A stretch of DNA of 32,000 nt from Halanaerobium saccharolyticum (GCF_003259895.1 NZ_QLME01000001.1:26152-58151), one strand, 5' to 3'. Shown: positions 8,618 to 18,303, counted from the first letter of the stretch. Notes: generated by a model from the sequence alone, not told the origin. Program-made: numbers and translations.

Positions 8618-10045
8618 ATGCTTAAAGACGAAACTAATAACTCAGCCAGAAATATCAGGACTGAGGAAGACAGTATCGGCAAAAAAGAAATTTCTGCTGC
8701 AGCCTATACAGGTATCAATACTGCCCGGGCCCGGGAAAATTTTTCTATCAGCCGGGAAAGTGTTCATCCAGAGTTAATTAAGGCTATTGTAATGGTTAAA
8801 CAGGCAGCAGCATTAACCAACCAGGAACTTGGACTGCTTGAGCCAGAAAAAAGCGATGCCATTGTTAAAGCTGCAGCAGAGATCACAGCAGGTAAGTTAA
8901 GTCAGGAATTCAAACTGGAGGCACTGCAGGGAGGAGCCGGAACCTCAACCAATATGATGGTCAATGAGGTAATTGCCAACCGGGCTCTGGAGATTCTGGG
9001 CCATAAAAAAGGTTCTTATCAAATTATCCATCCCAATGATGATGTTAATCAGGGCCAGTCAACAAATGATGTCTACCCAACTGCTCTCAGAATTGCAGTT
9101 TTAAAACTGCTGCAGCCGCTTACTGAATCTGCGGCCAGTCTGCAGCAGGCACTGCAGGAAAAAGAAAAAGAATTCGCTGCCATAATTAAGCTGGGCAGAA
9201 CCCAGCTTCAGGATGCAGTTCCCATTACTCTGGGGCAGGAATTTTCTGCCTATGCAGAAGCTGTCAATAGAGACCGCTGGCGCCTGTATAAAATTACAGA
9301 CCGCCTTAAAAAAATAAATCTGGGAGGAACTGCAGTTGGAACCGGGCTCAATACTTCCCGCAGCTATATTTTTAAGATAGCCAAACATATACGGCAGATT
9401 AGTGGTTTAAGCCTCTCTCATTCTGAAAATATGATAGATATAACCCAGAACATGGATCTATTTGTTGAAGTCTCCGGCTTATTAAAAGCTACAGCTGTTA
9501 ATCTGAATAAAATTGCCAGTGATCTGAGGCTGCTGGCTTCAGGACCAGCAGGTGGAATTGGAGAAATAAAGCTGCCGGCAGTTCAGGCAGGTTCTTCTAT
9601 TATGCCGGGAAAGGTTAATCCGGTAATCTGTGAGCTGATTAATCAGCTGTCAATTGAAATAATCTGCAGTGACCAGGCAGTAACCATGGCAGCCAGAGAC
9701 GGTCAGCTGGAACTGAACGCCTTTTCCCCACTTATCGCTCATAAAATTTTAAATATGCTCGAAATGATGCGAAAGGGAATAGATAAATTTATTAATAAAT
9801 GTATTCAGGGAATTGAGGCCAATCCGGATAGATGCAAAAATTTACTGGAAAGCAGTCTGGCTGTAGTTACAAGTTTAGTTCCCTATATTGGTTATGATCA
9901 GGCCAGCAAACTGGCTGAAGAGGCTATGGAACGGGACAGGACTCTAAAGGAATTGGTTTTAGAAAAAAATCTTTTAAGTCCACAAAAGCTGGTAGAAATC
10001 TTAAAAACAGAAAAAATGACTTCACCAGGCCTAGTAAAAAATTAA
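8618..10045 (+). CDS. aspA: Aspartate ammonia-lyase (fumarase/aspartase superfamily)
   Basis: 475 aa with 'GAGTSTNMMVNEVIANRALE', 'HPNDDVNQGQSTNDVYPTA' and the superfamily signature 'GSSIMPGKVNPV'. Confidence 0.88.
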   Translation: MLKDETNNSARNIRTEEDSIGKKEISAAAYTGINTARARENFSISRESVHPELIKAIVMVKQAAALTNQELGLLEPEKSDAIVKAAAEITAGKLSQEFKLEALQGGAGTSTNMMVNEVIANRALEILGHKKGSYQIIHPNDDVNQGQSTNDVYPTALRIAVLKLLQPLTESAASLQQALQEKEKEFAAIIKLGRTQLQDAVPITLGQEFSAYAEAVNRDRWRLYKITDRLKKINLGGTAVGTGLNTSRSYIFKIAKHIRQISGLSLSHSENMIDITQNMDLFVEVSGLLKATAVNLNKIASDLRLLASGPAGGIGEIKLPAVQAGSSIMPGKVNPVICELINQLSIEIICSDQAVTMAARDGQLELNAFSPLIAHKILNMLEMMRKGIDKFINKCIQGIEANPDRCKNLLESSLAVVTSLVPYIGYDQASKLAEEAMERDRTLKELVLEKNLLSPQKLVEILKTEKMTSPGLVKN

Positions 10046-10057
10046 CAAATAAAATAA

Positions 10058-10106
10058 CCCCACCTTAAAAGCACCTGTTAAAAAATAGTGCTTAAGGTGG
10101 GTTTTA
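10058..10106. terminator. Bidirectional terminator between convergent genes
   Basis: cccaccttaaaagcac...gtgcttaaggtggg hairpin with TTTT on the plus side and a T/A-rich tract on the minus side, between aspA (+) and the MetE-like gene (-). Confidence 0.75.
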
Positions 10107-10130
10107 ACACTCACAGCTGTTTTCAAATTT

Positions 10131-11234
10131 TCAGCCCCAGATCTCTTCTGCAATTTCAACAATTAATTTTAACTTCTGCCACTGATCTTCCTGACTCAGC
10201 TGATTACCATGATGGGTAGAAGCAAAACCACACTGAGGACTGAGGCAGAGCTGACTAAGAGGTATATATTCTGCTGCCTGCCTGATCCTGGCTTTTACTT
10301 TTTCTTTATCCTCCAGCTGACCATCCTTGGAAGTAATTAGACCCAGCACTACCTTTGTCTTTCCTTCAGGAATGTACTTTAAGGGTTCAAAACCACCTGA
10401 ACGCTGATCATCGTATTCCAGAAAAAAACCATCTACCTTTTCCCTGGCAAATAAAGTAGGGGCAATTAAATCATAACTGCCAGAAAAAGCCCAGCTTGAC
10501 TTATAATTCCCCCGACAGAGATGAGTAGTTAGCGATAGATCAGGCGGCTTCACTTCAAGTACACCATTGACCACTTCTAATGCCAGTTCAATTAGATATT
10601 CTCGTGAGAATGGCGCGTCTTGATAAGAAATATCGGGAGAAGAAAGACTGGCAATATAAACATCATCAAACTGCAGATAGCGAACTCCAGCCTCGTAAAA
10701 AGCTTTAAGTGCATCCTGATAGGTCTCAATTATATCCTGTGCATAGTCTTTAATATCTGGATAAATTTCTGAATTCCTAATTCCAAAATGAAACAGCTGA
10801 TTGGGACTCGGGATTGTCTGTTTAGCTGCTGCCCTTCCGTCAACAATTTTATTAAATTCTTTAAAATACTTAAGAAAAGAATGATCAGAATTAAAACTAA
10901 TTTTACCAGTATTACGGACATCATAGGCTTCTGTTTCCAGGTCAGCAAACTGATAACCTTTTTCCGGTACATACCCTTCAAAACCATTCAACTCTTCCAG
11001 AAAGTCAAGGTGCCACCAATCACGTCTAAACTCACCATCTGTAACAAGTTTAAGTCCGGCTTCCAGCTGTTTATTTACCGCTTTTTCTACTTCTTCTCTT
11101 TCAATCTGATGCAGTTCAGCTGCTCCTATTTTCCCTTGCTTAAAATTACTTTTAGCTTTCAACAGCCTCTTCGGCCTCAGTAAACTTCCAACATGATCAG
11201 CCCGAAAAGGTGCCTGAATTTGATCTGCTCCCAT
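10131..11234 (-). CDS. Cobalamin-independent methionine synthase C-terminal-domain-like protein (YxjG/YxjH-type)
   Basis: Track ORF extends to 11321, but an AGGAGGAG site points to ATG at 11234 (MGADQIQAPFRADHVGSLLRP...). Zn ligands look conserved: 'THLCRG' (HxC), 'FFLEYDDQRSGG' (E), 'LSPQCGFAS' (C). Confidence 0.85.
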   Translation of the reverse strand: MGADQIQAPFRADHVGSLLRPKRLLKAKSNFKQGKIGAAELHQIEREEVEKAVNKQLEAGLKLVTDGEFRRDWWHLDFLEELNGFEGYVPEKGYQFADLETEAYDVRNTGKISFNSDHSFLKYFKEFNKIVDGRAAAKQTIPSPNQLFHFGIRNSEIYPDIKDYAQDIIETYQDALKAFYEAGVRYLQFDDVYIASLSSPDISYQDAPFSREYLIELALEVVNGVLEVKPPDLSLTTHLCRGNYKSSWAFSGSYDLIAPTLFAREKVDGFFLEYDDQRSGGFEPLKYIPEGKTKVVLGLITSKDGQLEDKEKVKARIRQAAEYIPLSQLCLSPQCGFASTHHGNQLSQEDQWQKLKLIVEIAEEIWG

Positions 11235-11272
11235 AATTAAAACTCCTCCTCTTAAAAATTTTACTTTACTTA

Positions 11273-11301
11273 AGTATATCATTTTAAGCAGTTTTTTCCA
11301 A
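11273..11301 (-). promoter_or_regulatory. Putative sigma-A promoter for the MetE-like gene
   Basis: Minus strand TTGGAA-17 nt-TATACT with a TGA extended -10; -35 at 11296-11301, -10 at 11273-11278, about 40 bp upstream of the ATG. Confidence 0.6.
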
Positions 11302-11357
11302 TTATCAGAGCAGGACAGCATAATTTTTACTGAAAGAGCAAAATATATATCTATCTT

Positions 11358-12623
11358 TTACAGAAAGCTCTCCCCACTTTCAGGTGCCCTGACTTCAAAA
11401 TAATCCGCAATTGCTGCTGCTATATCAGCCAGACTTTCGCGGGGCGGCAGTACTTTTGCTGGTAAATCTTTTTTGTAAACTAAAAGGGGGACGTTTTCTC
11501 TGGTATGATGGCTGTGGCCTACAGTTGGATCATCACCATGATCAGCTGTAATAATAAAAAGGTCGTCTTCTCGTAAATTATCTATAATCTCCGGTATCTG
11601 CTGATCCACCATTTTTAAGACTCTGGCAAATTCTGCCGGATCCTGCTGATGACCTGCCAGATCAGTTTCCTGGACATTAACGGCAATCAGACCGGAATCA
11701 GCCTCCTCCATTTCCTGCTGCATCAGTTCCAGCACTTCTTCGGTTGCAACAGCAGGCAGTGATTTTCTGGCTTCTGGACAGTAGATTACATCCTGCACTT
11801 TACCAATCAAGCGGACATCTATCCCCTGGCCGGCCAGAATTGAAGTGATCTGTTTTTGATGATCAATTCCATAACCAAGATGGATTACCTGATAACCCTC
11901 TCCATAAACCCCGGAAGCTGTAGAATTAACACCTGTAATCTCAGAATTAGCATTCTCAATACTGTTAACAATCCTCTCAGTGCTTGTATTCTTACCGCCC
12001 AGCGCGATTACCCGACTGACTTTAACACTTGCTCTTACAATTTTTCCGATTGCAAGTATTTCTTCAAAATCTATCTCTTCTAATGAACCGCTGACATTGT
12101 AAATCTGCCCGTAATCAGCCTCAATATTATCCGCAACCACAACCCGCCGATCAACAAGCAGATAGGGATTTTCCTGGTCAGGCACACTAACTTTGTGCCC
12201 TTCATTTTCCAGAGCAGTCTTAACCTTTTGATGCACAACTTTAAAAGGCTGTATTTTAGGATGGGTCGGACTGGAACCCATAATTTCCTGATGTCCCATA
12301 AATGTATCTGCTCCATCATAACTTAAAGCAGCATAAGTATAAGCAGCTTTAAGTTTTTGTTTTTCACTTCCATTTTCCGTCAAATTTCGCTGTTCCGGAT
12401 CCATTTCCAATGTACTTTTGGGAAAACTTGGATCAAGTCTGCTTAAATTATAAGCCGCCTCCAGACCCAGCTGATTAAGGTTATTCAATTTTAAATCTTT
12501 ATTACTTTTTAAAACATTTCCCAGTGTATCTGCGGCCTGATCCTGCAGCCGCTGCTGTTCTTTGAGGTCATCCATTGCTCCAATTCCAAGTCCATCTAAA
12601 ATTAATAAAATTACTCTCTTCAA
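11358..12623 (-). CDS. yhfW: YhfW-like phosphopentomutase/alkaline phosphatase superfamily metalloenzyme
   Basis: 'MKRVILLILDGLGIGAMDD', 'GADTFMGHQEIMG', 'FIITADHGDDPTVGHSHHTRENVPLLVY': DeoB-like metal-site motifs in a yhf gene context. Confidence 0.85.
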   Translation of the reverse strand: MKRVILLILDGLGIGAMDDLKEQQRLQDQAADTLGNVLKSNKDLKLNNLNQLGLEAAYNLSRLDPSFPKSTLEMDPEQRNLTENGSEKQKLKAAYTYAALSYDGADTFMGHQEIMGSSPTHPKIQPFKVVHQKVKTALENEGHKVSVPDQENPYLLVDRRVVVADNIEADYGQIYNVSGSLEEIDFEEILAIGKIVRASVKVSRVIALGGKNTSTERIVNSIENANSEITGVNSTASGVYGEGYQVIHLGYGIDHQKQITSILAGQGIDVRLIGKVQDVIYCPEARKSLPAVATEEVLELMQQEMEEADSGLIAVNVQETDLAGHQQDPAEFARVLKMVDQQIPEIIDNLREDDLFIITADHGDDPTVGHSHHTRENVPLLVYKKDLPAKVLPPRESLADIAAAIADYFEVRAPESGESFL

Positions 12624-13816
12624 AGCCTGCTCCCTCCTTTTTCGTCTAGCAGTTGTCCCTGACTATTATAAATTCCATGCAGTTTTAATTTACCGTTTTG
12701 TATACCGCTAATCACAGCCACTCTGGCTCTGGTAACAAAAATCTGAGTTCTAAAAGCATAGAGTACTGTGTCTCCAATCTTCAATTTTCGATCTCTATTT
12801 TCCAGCGAAGCATAATAATCAATCATCTCAGAATCTGGCTGTGAGGCTGAATAAACTCGACTATTATTTTGATAGTCATCAGCAGCTACCAGTCCATTTT
12901 TTAAGTGGGAACGGCTGTAAAAGCCGCCGCCAAAAGTATATGCCTTGTCATCTTTTAAATGAGATATTTCAGAAATATAGATCATTGCCGGTTTTTCTCC
13001 CTGATCATAATAACCGTGATAAGGGGTAGTTCCTGTCAGGGCATGTCCCGGCTCCCCGTGAGTTGCTCCAGCAGCAGCCAGCCTTGGAATCGTCTTCTGA
13101 CAGCTGACACTTGGGGTATTTAACTGTTCAATTTCCAGCCCAAATTTTTCATTTAAAATTTCCCCTGTCTTTATCACCAGCTCTAAATTGGGAGTAGTTT
13201 CAATTTTTTTAGTCTGATAGTTAAATAAAAGGCAGGGAAAAGCTGTCAGCCCTTTAATTTCAACTCCCTTAAGCTTCATCAATTCAGGGATTACCTGATC
13301 TATATTTTTTAAATCAAAACCTCCAATCTGACCTTCATAATTAAATGAATCCTGACTGTAGATTCTGAGCATTATCGGCTGCACCCTATTCTGCTCCAGG
13401 GCCAACTTCGAAATTTGTTCTGCTTTTTGAAGGCTGTAGACAGTCATAATTTCCGGCTGATAAGCTATCATTTCTGAGAGCATAGAAGTCGGAACCTGAA
13501 CTAGATGACCGACATTTCCCAGTTCAATCCCTGCCTGCGCCAGAGTTCTGGCCTCCCAGGGATCCACAGCAACCGCCTTTTTAATTCCCGCTTCCACTAC
13601 CGCCTGAGCTGCCAGTGGATTTCTCCCCAGCTGTTTGCTCATAAAGTAGAGACTCAAATTATTCTCTGCTGCCGCTTCTGCCATCATAGCCGTATTAGCC
13701 TGAATCTGGTCCAGGTCTAAAATATATGTATTTGGTTCTAAAATATTTTTTCTGTGTAAATAAAAAGCTGTCTCAATTAATTCTGGATTTCTCTGCTGCA
13801 TTTTTTTTAAAAACAT
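12620..13816 (-). CDS. yhfX: YhfX-like alanine racemase N-terminal-domain PLP enzyme
   Basis: 'NTYILDLDQIQANTAMMAEAAAENNLSLYFMSKQLGRNP' (PLP lysine region), 'HGEPGHALTGTTPYHG'. Overlaps the yhfW start by 4 nt. Confidence 0.85.
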   Translation of the reverse strand: MFLKKMQQRNPELIETAFYLHRKNILEPNTYILDLDQIQANTAMMAEAAAENNLSLYFMSKQLGRNPLAAQAVVEAGIKKAVAVDPWEARTLAQAGIELGNVGHLVQVPTSMLSEMIAYQPEIMTVYSLQKAEQISKLALEQNRVQPIMLRIYSQDSFNYEGQIGGFDLKNIDQVIPELMKLKGVEIKGLTAFPCLLFNYQTKKIETTPNLELVIKTGEILNEKFGLEIEQLNTPSVSCQKTIPRLAAAGATHGEPGHALTGTTPYHGYYDQGEKPAMIYISEISHLKDDKAYTFGGGFYSRSHLKNGLVAADDYQNNSRVYSASQPDSEMIDYYASLENRDRKLKIGDTVLYAFRTQIFVTRARVAVISGIQNGKLKLHGIYNSQGQLLDEKGGSRL

Positions 13817-13818
13817 GA

Positions 13819-14928
13819 TTATCCCTGCCCTTTTAAAGCGGATATAGTTTCTTTAATGATTCTAATAACTGTATCAGCACCGGCCCGCATCGGATTAATC
13901 CGCACCAGATATTTTTCTGCTTCCGGATTTTCCTGTCTAAAAGTTCCCGAAATCCTGTAAAACATGGCTCCAATCTCATAGCGTGATTCTGAACCAACAG
14001 GATAGGGCACCCCTCCCTGCTCATTAACTGCTGCCAGAAAATCACGGGCTATTGCCTGCTCAAATTCTATAATCACAACTTTAGACTGAGCATTGGCAAT
14101 AAATGAATTTTTAACCGCTTCAACTTCTCCCTGATTGAGGCGCTGATTAACCTCTTCTACAGTCTGAGCCTGAATTGCCAGACTGACAGGTGTATTTACC
14201 ATGGACCGGAGAGCATCCATCGCCTCTGGACCCTGCACCTGACTGCCGCCCGAATAATTAATTGCTTCAACTTTATCTAAATATTTTTTCTTACCCACAA
14301 GCAGTCCGATTCCAGGTGGTCCCTGCAGTTTAAAAAGCGAAAAAGTACTCAAATCAGCACCTCTTTCAACCCCAATTTGCTCAACTTTCATTGCTGCATA
14401 GTTGTCATCTGTGATTATTGGTGTTTCGGGATATTTGGCCTTCAATATTTTTATAACTCTGCCAAAATCATAGCTGTCATCTATTTTCTGACGGCTGTGC
14501 TGAACTAAAATAGCTGCAAAATCTTCTGCCGGCAGCAATTTCTGAGCTTCCATTTCCTTTAAGCGATTGAAATCAAATTTTTTAGTTTCTAAATCCATGC
14601 TTTTAAATGTTACTTCAGTTGTTGGATAAACTGCTGCCTCGTGAATTAAAACTTTAGACCCCACCTCAAGATTGGCATTGAAAAAAGCTCTAATTGCACC
14701 AGTGCCTGCTCCTCTAACTAAAAGAGCCTTTTCCGCCCCAAAAAAGTCTGCCAGAACCTTCTCGACTCTGGCTGTATAGCGGGGCTTTTTAAATTCGGGG
14801 TCAAGTCCATAGTCACCTGCCTGCAAAAGCTCTGCTCCCTTAAATTGGCGCTGAATTGCATCTACAAGTTTCTGCTGCAATTTTATGGCTTGTTCCAGGC
14901 TAAGTGATTTAAGAGGATAAGTCTGCAT
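13819..14928 (-). CDS. yhfS: YhfS-like PLP-dependent aminotransferase-fold enzyme
   Basis: 'GAGTGAIRAFFNANL', 'PIITDDNYAAMK', 'ADLSTFSLFKLQGPPGIGLLVG' (Schiff-base Lys context). The GGAGG position favours ATG at 14928 rather than the track start at 14943. Confidence 0.84.
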   Translation of the reverse strand: MQTYPLKSLSLEQAIKLQQKLVDAIQRQFKGAELLQAGDYGLDPEFKKPRYTARVEKVLADFFGAEKALLVRGAGTGAIRAFFNANLEVGSKVLIHEAAVYPTTEVTFKSMDLETKKFDFNRLKEMEAQKLLPAEDFAAILVQHSRQKIDDSYDFGRVIKILKAKYPETPIITDDNYAAMKVEQIGVERGADLSTFSLFKLQGPPGIGLLVGKKKYLDKVEAINYSGGSQVQGPEAMDALRSMVNTPVSLAIQAQTVEEVNQRLNQGEVEAVKNSFIANAQSKVVIIEFEQAIARDFLAAVNEQGGVPYPVGSESRYEIGAMFYRISGTFRQENPEAEKYLVRINPMRAGADTVIRIIKETISALKGQG

Positions 14929-14960
14929 TTTTAAAACCTCCATTTATAAAATAATAGCTT

Positions 14961-15857
14961 TTATGAAAATAATTTTGCCGGATTATGAATCAGGATGCCT
15001 TCAATCTCTTCTTCGCTTACAGCTGCTGCTTTTAATTTAGGAATAAATTTTTCAAAAAGATACTGATAACTGTGGCCGTCATTTGCTTTTAAATGTGACA
15101 TCCGGGTAATATCTGTCGAAATTAAAACTTGATCTTTAAACCCTGCTTTAAGCAGGGCCTTAATCAGTCTAATTCTGAATTGATCACTCTGGTATTTTAA
15201 CTTACCAATGGTATCAATGCCGATAAATACTCCTCTGGCGGCAAGCTCCAGCACATAATCAATATCAGCTGCCAGATCAAGATGACTGAGGGCCACCCGG
15301 GATAAATCTGCACCGGCTTTTTCTAAAATTTCAAGCTGCTCCAGACCACAGCTGCCAAGTGTCAGGTGGGTAATAATCGGAACTCCTGTCTCCTTCTGGG
15401 CGAGGGCGGCAGCCTGCAGTAATTTTTTCTCAGCTGCAGTTATTTCCTGACTGGTGCCAACTTCTCCAATCACACCGGCTTTAATATCTGTCCCCTCAAT
15501 CCCTTCCTTAATTTCGCTGACCATTAATTCGACCAGTTCCTGTTTAGTCTTTTGGTAGAAAAAATCTGGCAGATAGGGTTCTTTGTAAAAGCCTGTGCTG
15601 GCAATAATATTCATTCCCAGCTGATCAGCCAGATAGCGGAGTCTTGCTGTATCTCTTCCCATCCCGATATTAGTCAGTTCGACAATCGTTTTAACTCCGG
15701 CCTTTTTTATTTCTTTAAGATCCTGCAGCAGAGCCTCACCTTCCAGCCGGGCATCGGGATCATTTTTCTGCTCTGTAAGATCTATAGTTAAATGTTCGTG
15801 ATACATTGTAATTCCCATCGCTTCTGCTTTTATTTGTTTATTCAAAGTATTGATCAA
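14961..15857 (-). CDS. php: Php-like phosphotriesterase homology protein (amidohydrolase superfamily)
   Basis: 'MYHEHLTIDL' (HxH), 'GVIGEVGTSQEIT' (Glu where PTE has carbamylated Lys), 'VPIITHLTLG', 'VALSHLDLAAD', 'LISTDITRM'. TTG start with AGGAG upstream; overlaps the upstream gene by 20 nt. Confidence 0.88.
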   Translation of the reverse strand: MINTLNKQIKAEAMGITMYHEHLTIDLTEQKNDPDARLEGEALLQDLKEIKKAGVKTIVELTNIGMGRDTARLRYLADQLGMNIIASTGFYKEPYLPDFFYQKTKQELVELMVSEIKEGIEGTDIKAGVIGEVGTSQEITAAEKKLLQAAALAQKETGVPIITHLTLGSCGLEQLEILEKAGADLSRVALSHLDLAADIDYVLELAARGVFIGIDTIGKLKYQSDQFRIRLIKALLKAGFKDQVLISTDITRMSHLKANDGHSYQYLFEKFIPKLKAAAVSEEEIEGILIHNPAKLFS

Positions 15858-16962
15858 AATTATCAGCTCCTAAAAAATCATTTTCTTTTTCAGCATAATT
15901 TTTGAGAAAATATCTTGCAAAAAGTTCCGGCCGCTTATAGCATTTTTGTAAACGCTCAGCCAATTTAATCACTTTAAATCCATTTTTTATACCTGGTCTG
16001 GCCAGTAAAACTATAGCAAGACCGAGCCTGTCAGTGGGGATAGTAACAGCAGTTGCATTGACCAGATTGGCTGCCCGCATTAGATATTTACCGCTCTTTT
16101 TCTGGGCAGCCTCAGCAATTTTAAAACTGCCGGCAACAGAATCACCATAACCATAATAATCAACAGGTCCTTCTGCAGTTATTATAATCTCATTTCCCTG
16201 CTCAAACGCCTTTTCTATAATCTGAATTGCCTGTTTTCGATCTTCACTGCCCTTAAGATTAATTCTATTTAGATTAAAATCACTCAACTCAGCTTCTATT
16301 TCTGCAGTTACAGCAGCCATATCTTCTCCCTGAGGTAATAAAACACTTTTCACCTCAGGCAGAGCAATAGTCAGATCTTTGTTTAACTCAACATCTTTAC
16401 TCAAAGCCCACTGCTCTGGGGCAAGAATCTTTTTTAAAGCCAGAGTGCAGAGTTTAAAATCGTGAGAAATAAAGCCGATTCCAGGCCTGAATTCTAAATT
16501 ATCAGTTGAAATTCTCTTGTTAGTTGCCTGAAGTCCCATACCTTTAGCCATCAGGGAAGACAGAGAAACCGAGGCTGCAGGAGCTAAAACTGAACCTCCA
16601 CCATCTGTTCCCACCGCAAGATCGTTTATTCCCCGGAGAATATTTAGACAGCCTCCACTGCTGGAACCAGTCATCACTCTCAAAGTTAAAGGATTGATTA
16701 GCTCAGGATCGACTGCTCTCCCACCTCTGGCCATCTTATCAATTGTATGTAAAAGAAAAGTCTGATCCTCAGTTAATTTATCCACTAATTTTTTTGAAAT
16801 TTGAGAGGTGTTTTTAATACCCAGCAGATAATGTTCTTGCCTGGATTCGGCCAATTCTGACAGCCTCTTTTTCAGGCCGCTGTTGTGATAAACCACTGCT
16901 TTAGAACTGCTGGCAAGAGCATTATTAAATTTTTTCTTTAAATCCAGGTTTAAATTATTCAT
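15838..16962 (-). CDS. Compact, divergent amidase-signature family protein embedded in the yhf-type cluster
   Basis: 374 aa; 'TGSSSGGCLNILRGINDLAVGTDGGGSVLAPAASVSL' matches the Ser-cis-Ser core of the amidase signature, followed by 'LQATNKRIS...FRPGIGFISHDFKLCTLALKKI'. Possible catalytic Lys in 'HTIDKMARGG'. Confidence 0.72.
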   Translation of the reverse strand: MNNLNLDLKKKFNNALASSSKAVVYHNSGLKKRLSELAESRQEHYLLGIKNTSQISKKLVDKLTEDQTFLLHTIDKMARGGRAVDPELINPLTLRVMTGSSSGGCLNILRGINDLAVGTDGGGSVLAPAASVSLSSLMAKGMGLQATNKRISTDNLEFRPGIGFISHDFKLCTLALKKILAPEQWALSKDVELNKDLTIALPEVKSVLLPQGEDMAAVTAEIEAELSDFNLNRINLKGSEDRKQAIQIIEKAFEQGNEIIITAEGPVDYYGYGDSVAGSFKIAEAAQKKSGKYLMRAANLVNATAVTIPTDRLGLAIVLLARPGIKNGFKVIKLAERLQKCYKRPELFARYFLKNYAEKENDFLGADNFDQYFE

Positions 16963-17022
16963 ATTTACTCCTTAATTTGAGCCCGAAAATTTTAGAATTC
17001 CCGGGCTCAATTTCAATTGTAT

Positions 17023-18303
17023 TTAGACTAAAGAAAATAAAGCGAAAATATTAGCAATAATACCAACCATTATAGCTGCTGTAGGTCCAACTGCCATTCT
17101 TACTATTGGCTGATCTCCAATTTCGTTTAAAATATAGAGTCCGGCCACAAAGAAAAACCCAAATCCTGGTATGATTGCATTGGCAGCATTCATACCTCCA
17201 ACTAAGAGGGCTACTTCTAAAACTTTAGACATCGAAGTCCTAATATTATCACCGGCTTTTTTAATTCCAGGAAACTTATCAAGCAGAGTTGCAACTTTAC
17301 CCAGTAATAAAATCTCTATGGAAATAATTACAGCACCTACAATTGCAGCAATCAATGGGTTCTGAATAAATAGAGCCGCTGCAAAAATAAATGTCATTCC
17401 TACAGGCCCATATACTCCTGTAGCTATTGCTGTAGTAGCAATTAAAGGAACAAAACCAACTGCTCTGGCTAAAGCAGCAAGTGCAGCTTCATTTATTGCA
17501 CCCTCACTTACTAAGTTTAAGGAAATAGGATCTCCTGCCAGAATTAGATAAGCAGTAGCAGCCGAAACTAATCCACCCATCACAGCTAAATAGGGTAAGT
17601 TGCTTTTAATTCTTTCCACCCTTTTACTAAAAATTGAAACTAAATCACCAACATTACTTTCTTCTCCCTTTTCTCCAGCGGCGAAGATTAATAAGGTTGT
17701 CATACCAGCAATTAGTGCCATTCCTTCGGGATTAATACTTATTTCAAGACCATTAATCATTAAGGGGCTAACAACAACTGCAATTTGTCTCACTATTCCA
17801 GTAAGGATTAAAGTAAATCCACCTTTTTTGATTCCAAACTGATAAGCAACAGCCAGGGCAGGGAAAGCAGCAAAGGCTACAACTATTGGACTACCTACAG
17901 CTCCCAGATCTTCTAAAAAGTTAACAGGTAAAACTTCAAATAAATTTACAATTGCTTCCAGACCATAAGTTAAACCAACACCATATAGAGCACCAACTAC
18001 TCCAGCGCCAGCTGCACCTTTGTTATTATCTGGGGCCCAGGTACCAATAATATCTGTACCCAATAAAATACTATGTATTAAAATAATATTTGCCGATAAA
18101 CTAAATGGAATTCCAAAACCAACAACCAGACCAAAACTCATAGCAAAAGAAGTAGCAGCAAGTTCTTTACGGCTCATTCTATTTTCTACATATTCTGGTA
18201 TTACCGGACGCAAACTATCATTAAATACAGCAATCCCCTTATTTGCAAGTATAGCAGCCATTCCACCAATTAAAGCCATTAGTATTAATTGCATTATTCT
18301 CAC
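17023..18303 (-). CDS. yhfT: YhfT-like multi-pass membrane protein
   Basis: 426 aa, strongly hydrophobic with many TM segments, directly linked to YhfU/YhfY/YhfZ-like ORFs. Confidence 0.83.
   Translation of the reverse strand: MRIMQLILMALIGGMAAILANKGIAVFNDSLRPVIPEYVENRMSRKELAATSFAMSFGLVVGFGIPFSLSANIILIHSILLGTDIIGTWAPDNNKGAAGAGVVGALYGVGLTYGLEAIVNLFEVLPVNFLEDLGAVGSPIVVAFAAFPALAVAYQFGIKKGGFTLILTGIVRQIAVVVSPLMINGLEISINPEGMALIAGMTTLLIFAAGEKGEESNVGDLVSIFSKRVERIKSNLPYLAVMGGLVSAATAYLILAGDPISLNLVSEGAINEAALAALARAVGFVPLIATTAIATGVYGPVGMTFIFAAALFIQNPLIAAIVGAVIISIEILLLGKVATLLDKFPGIKKAGDNIRTSMSKVLEVALLVGGMNAANAIIPGFGFFFVAGLYILNEIGDQPIVRMAVGPTAAIMVGIIANIFALFSLV

Noticed and set aside
10788-11183. 131-aa antisense ORF opposite the MetE-like gene
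   Set aside because: Composition typical of antisense translation of a real gene; the opposite strand has a convincing coding sequence and motifs.
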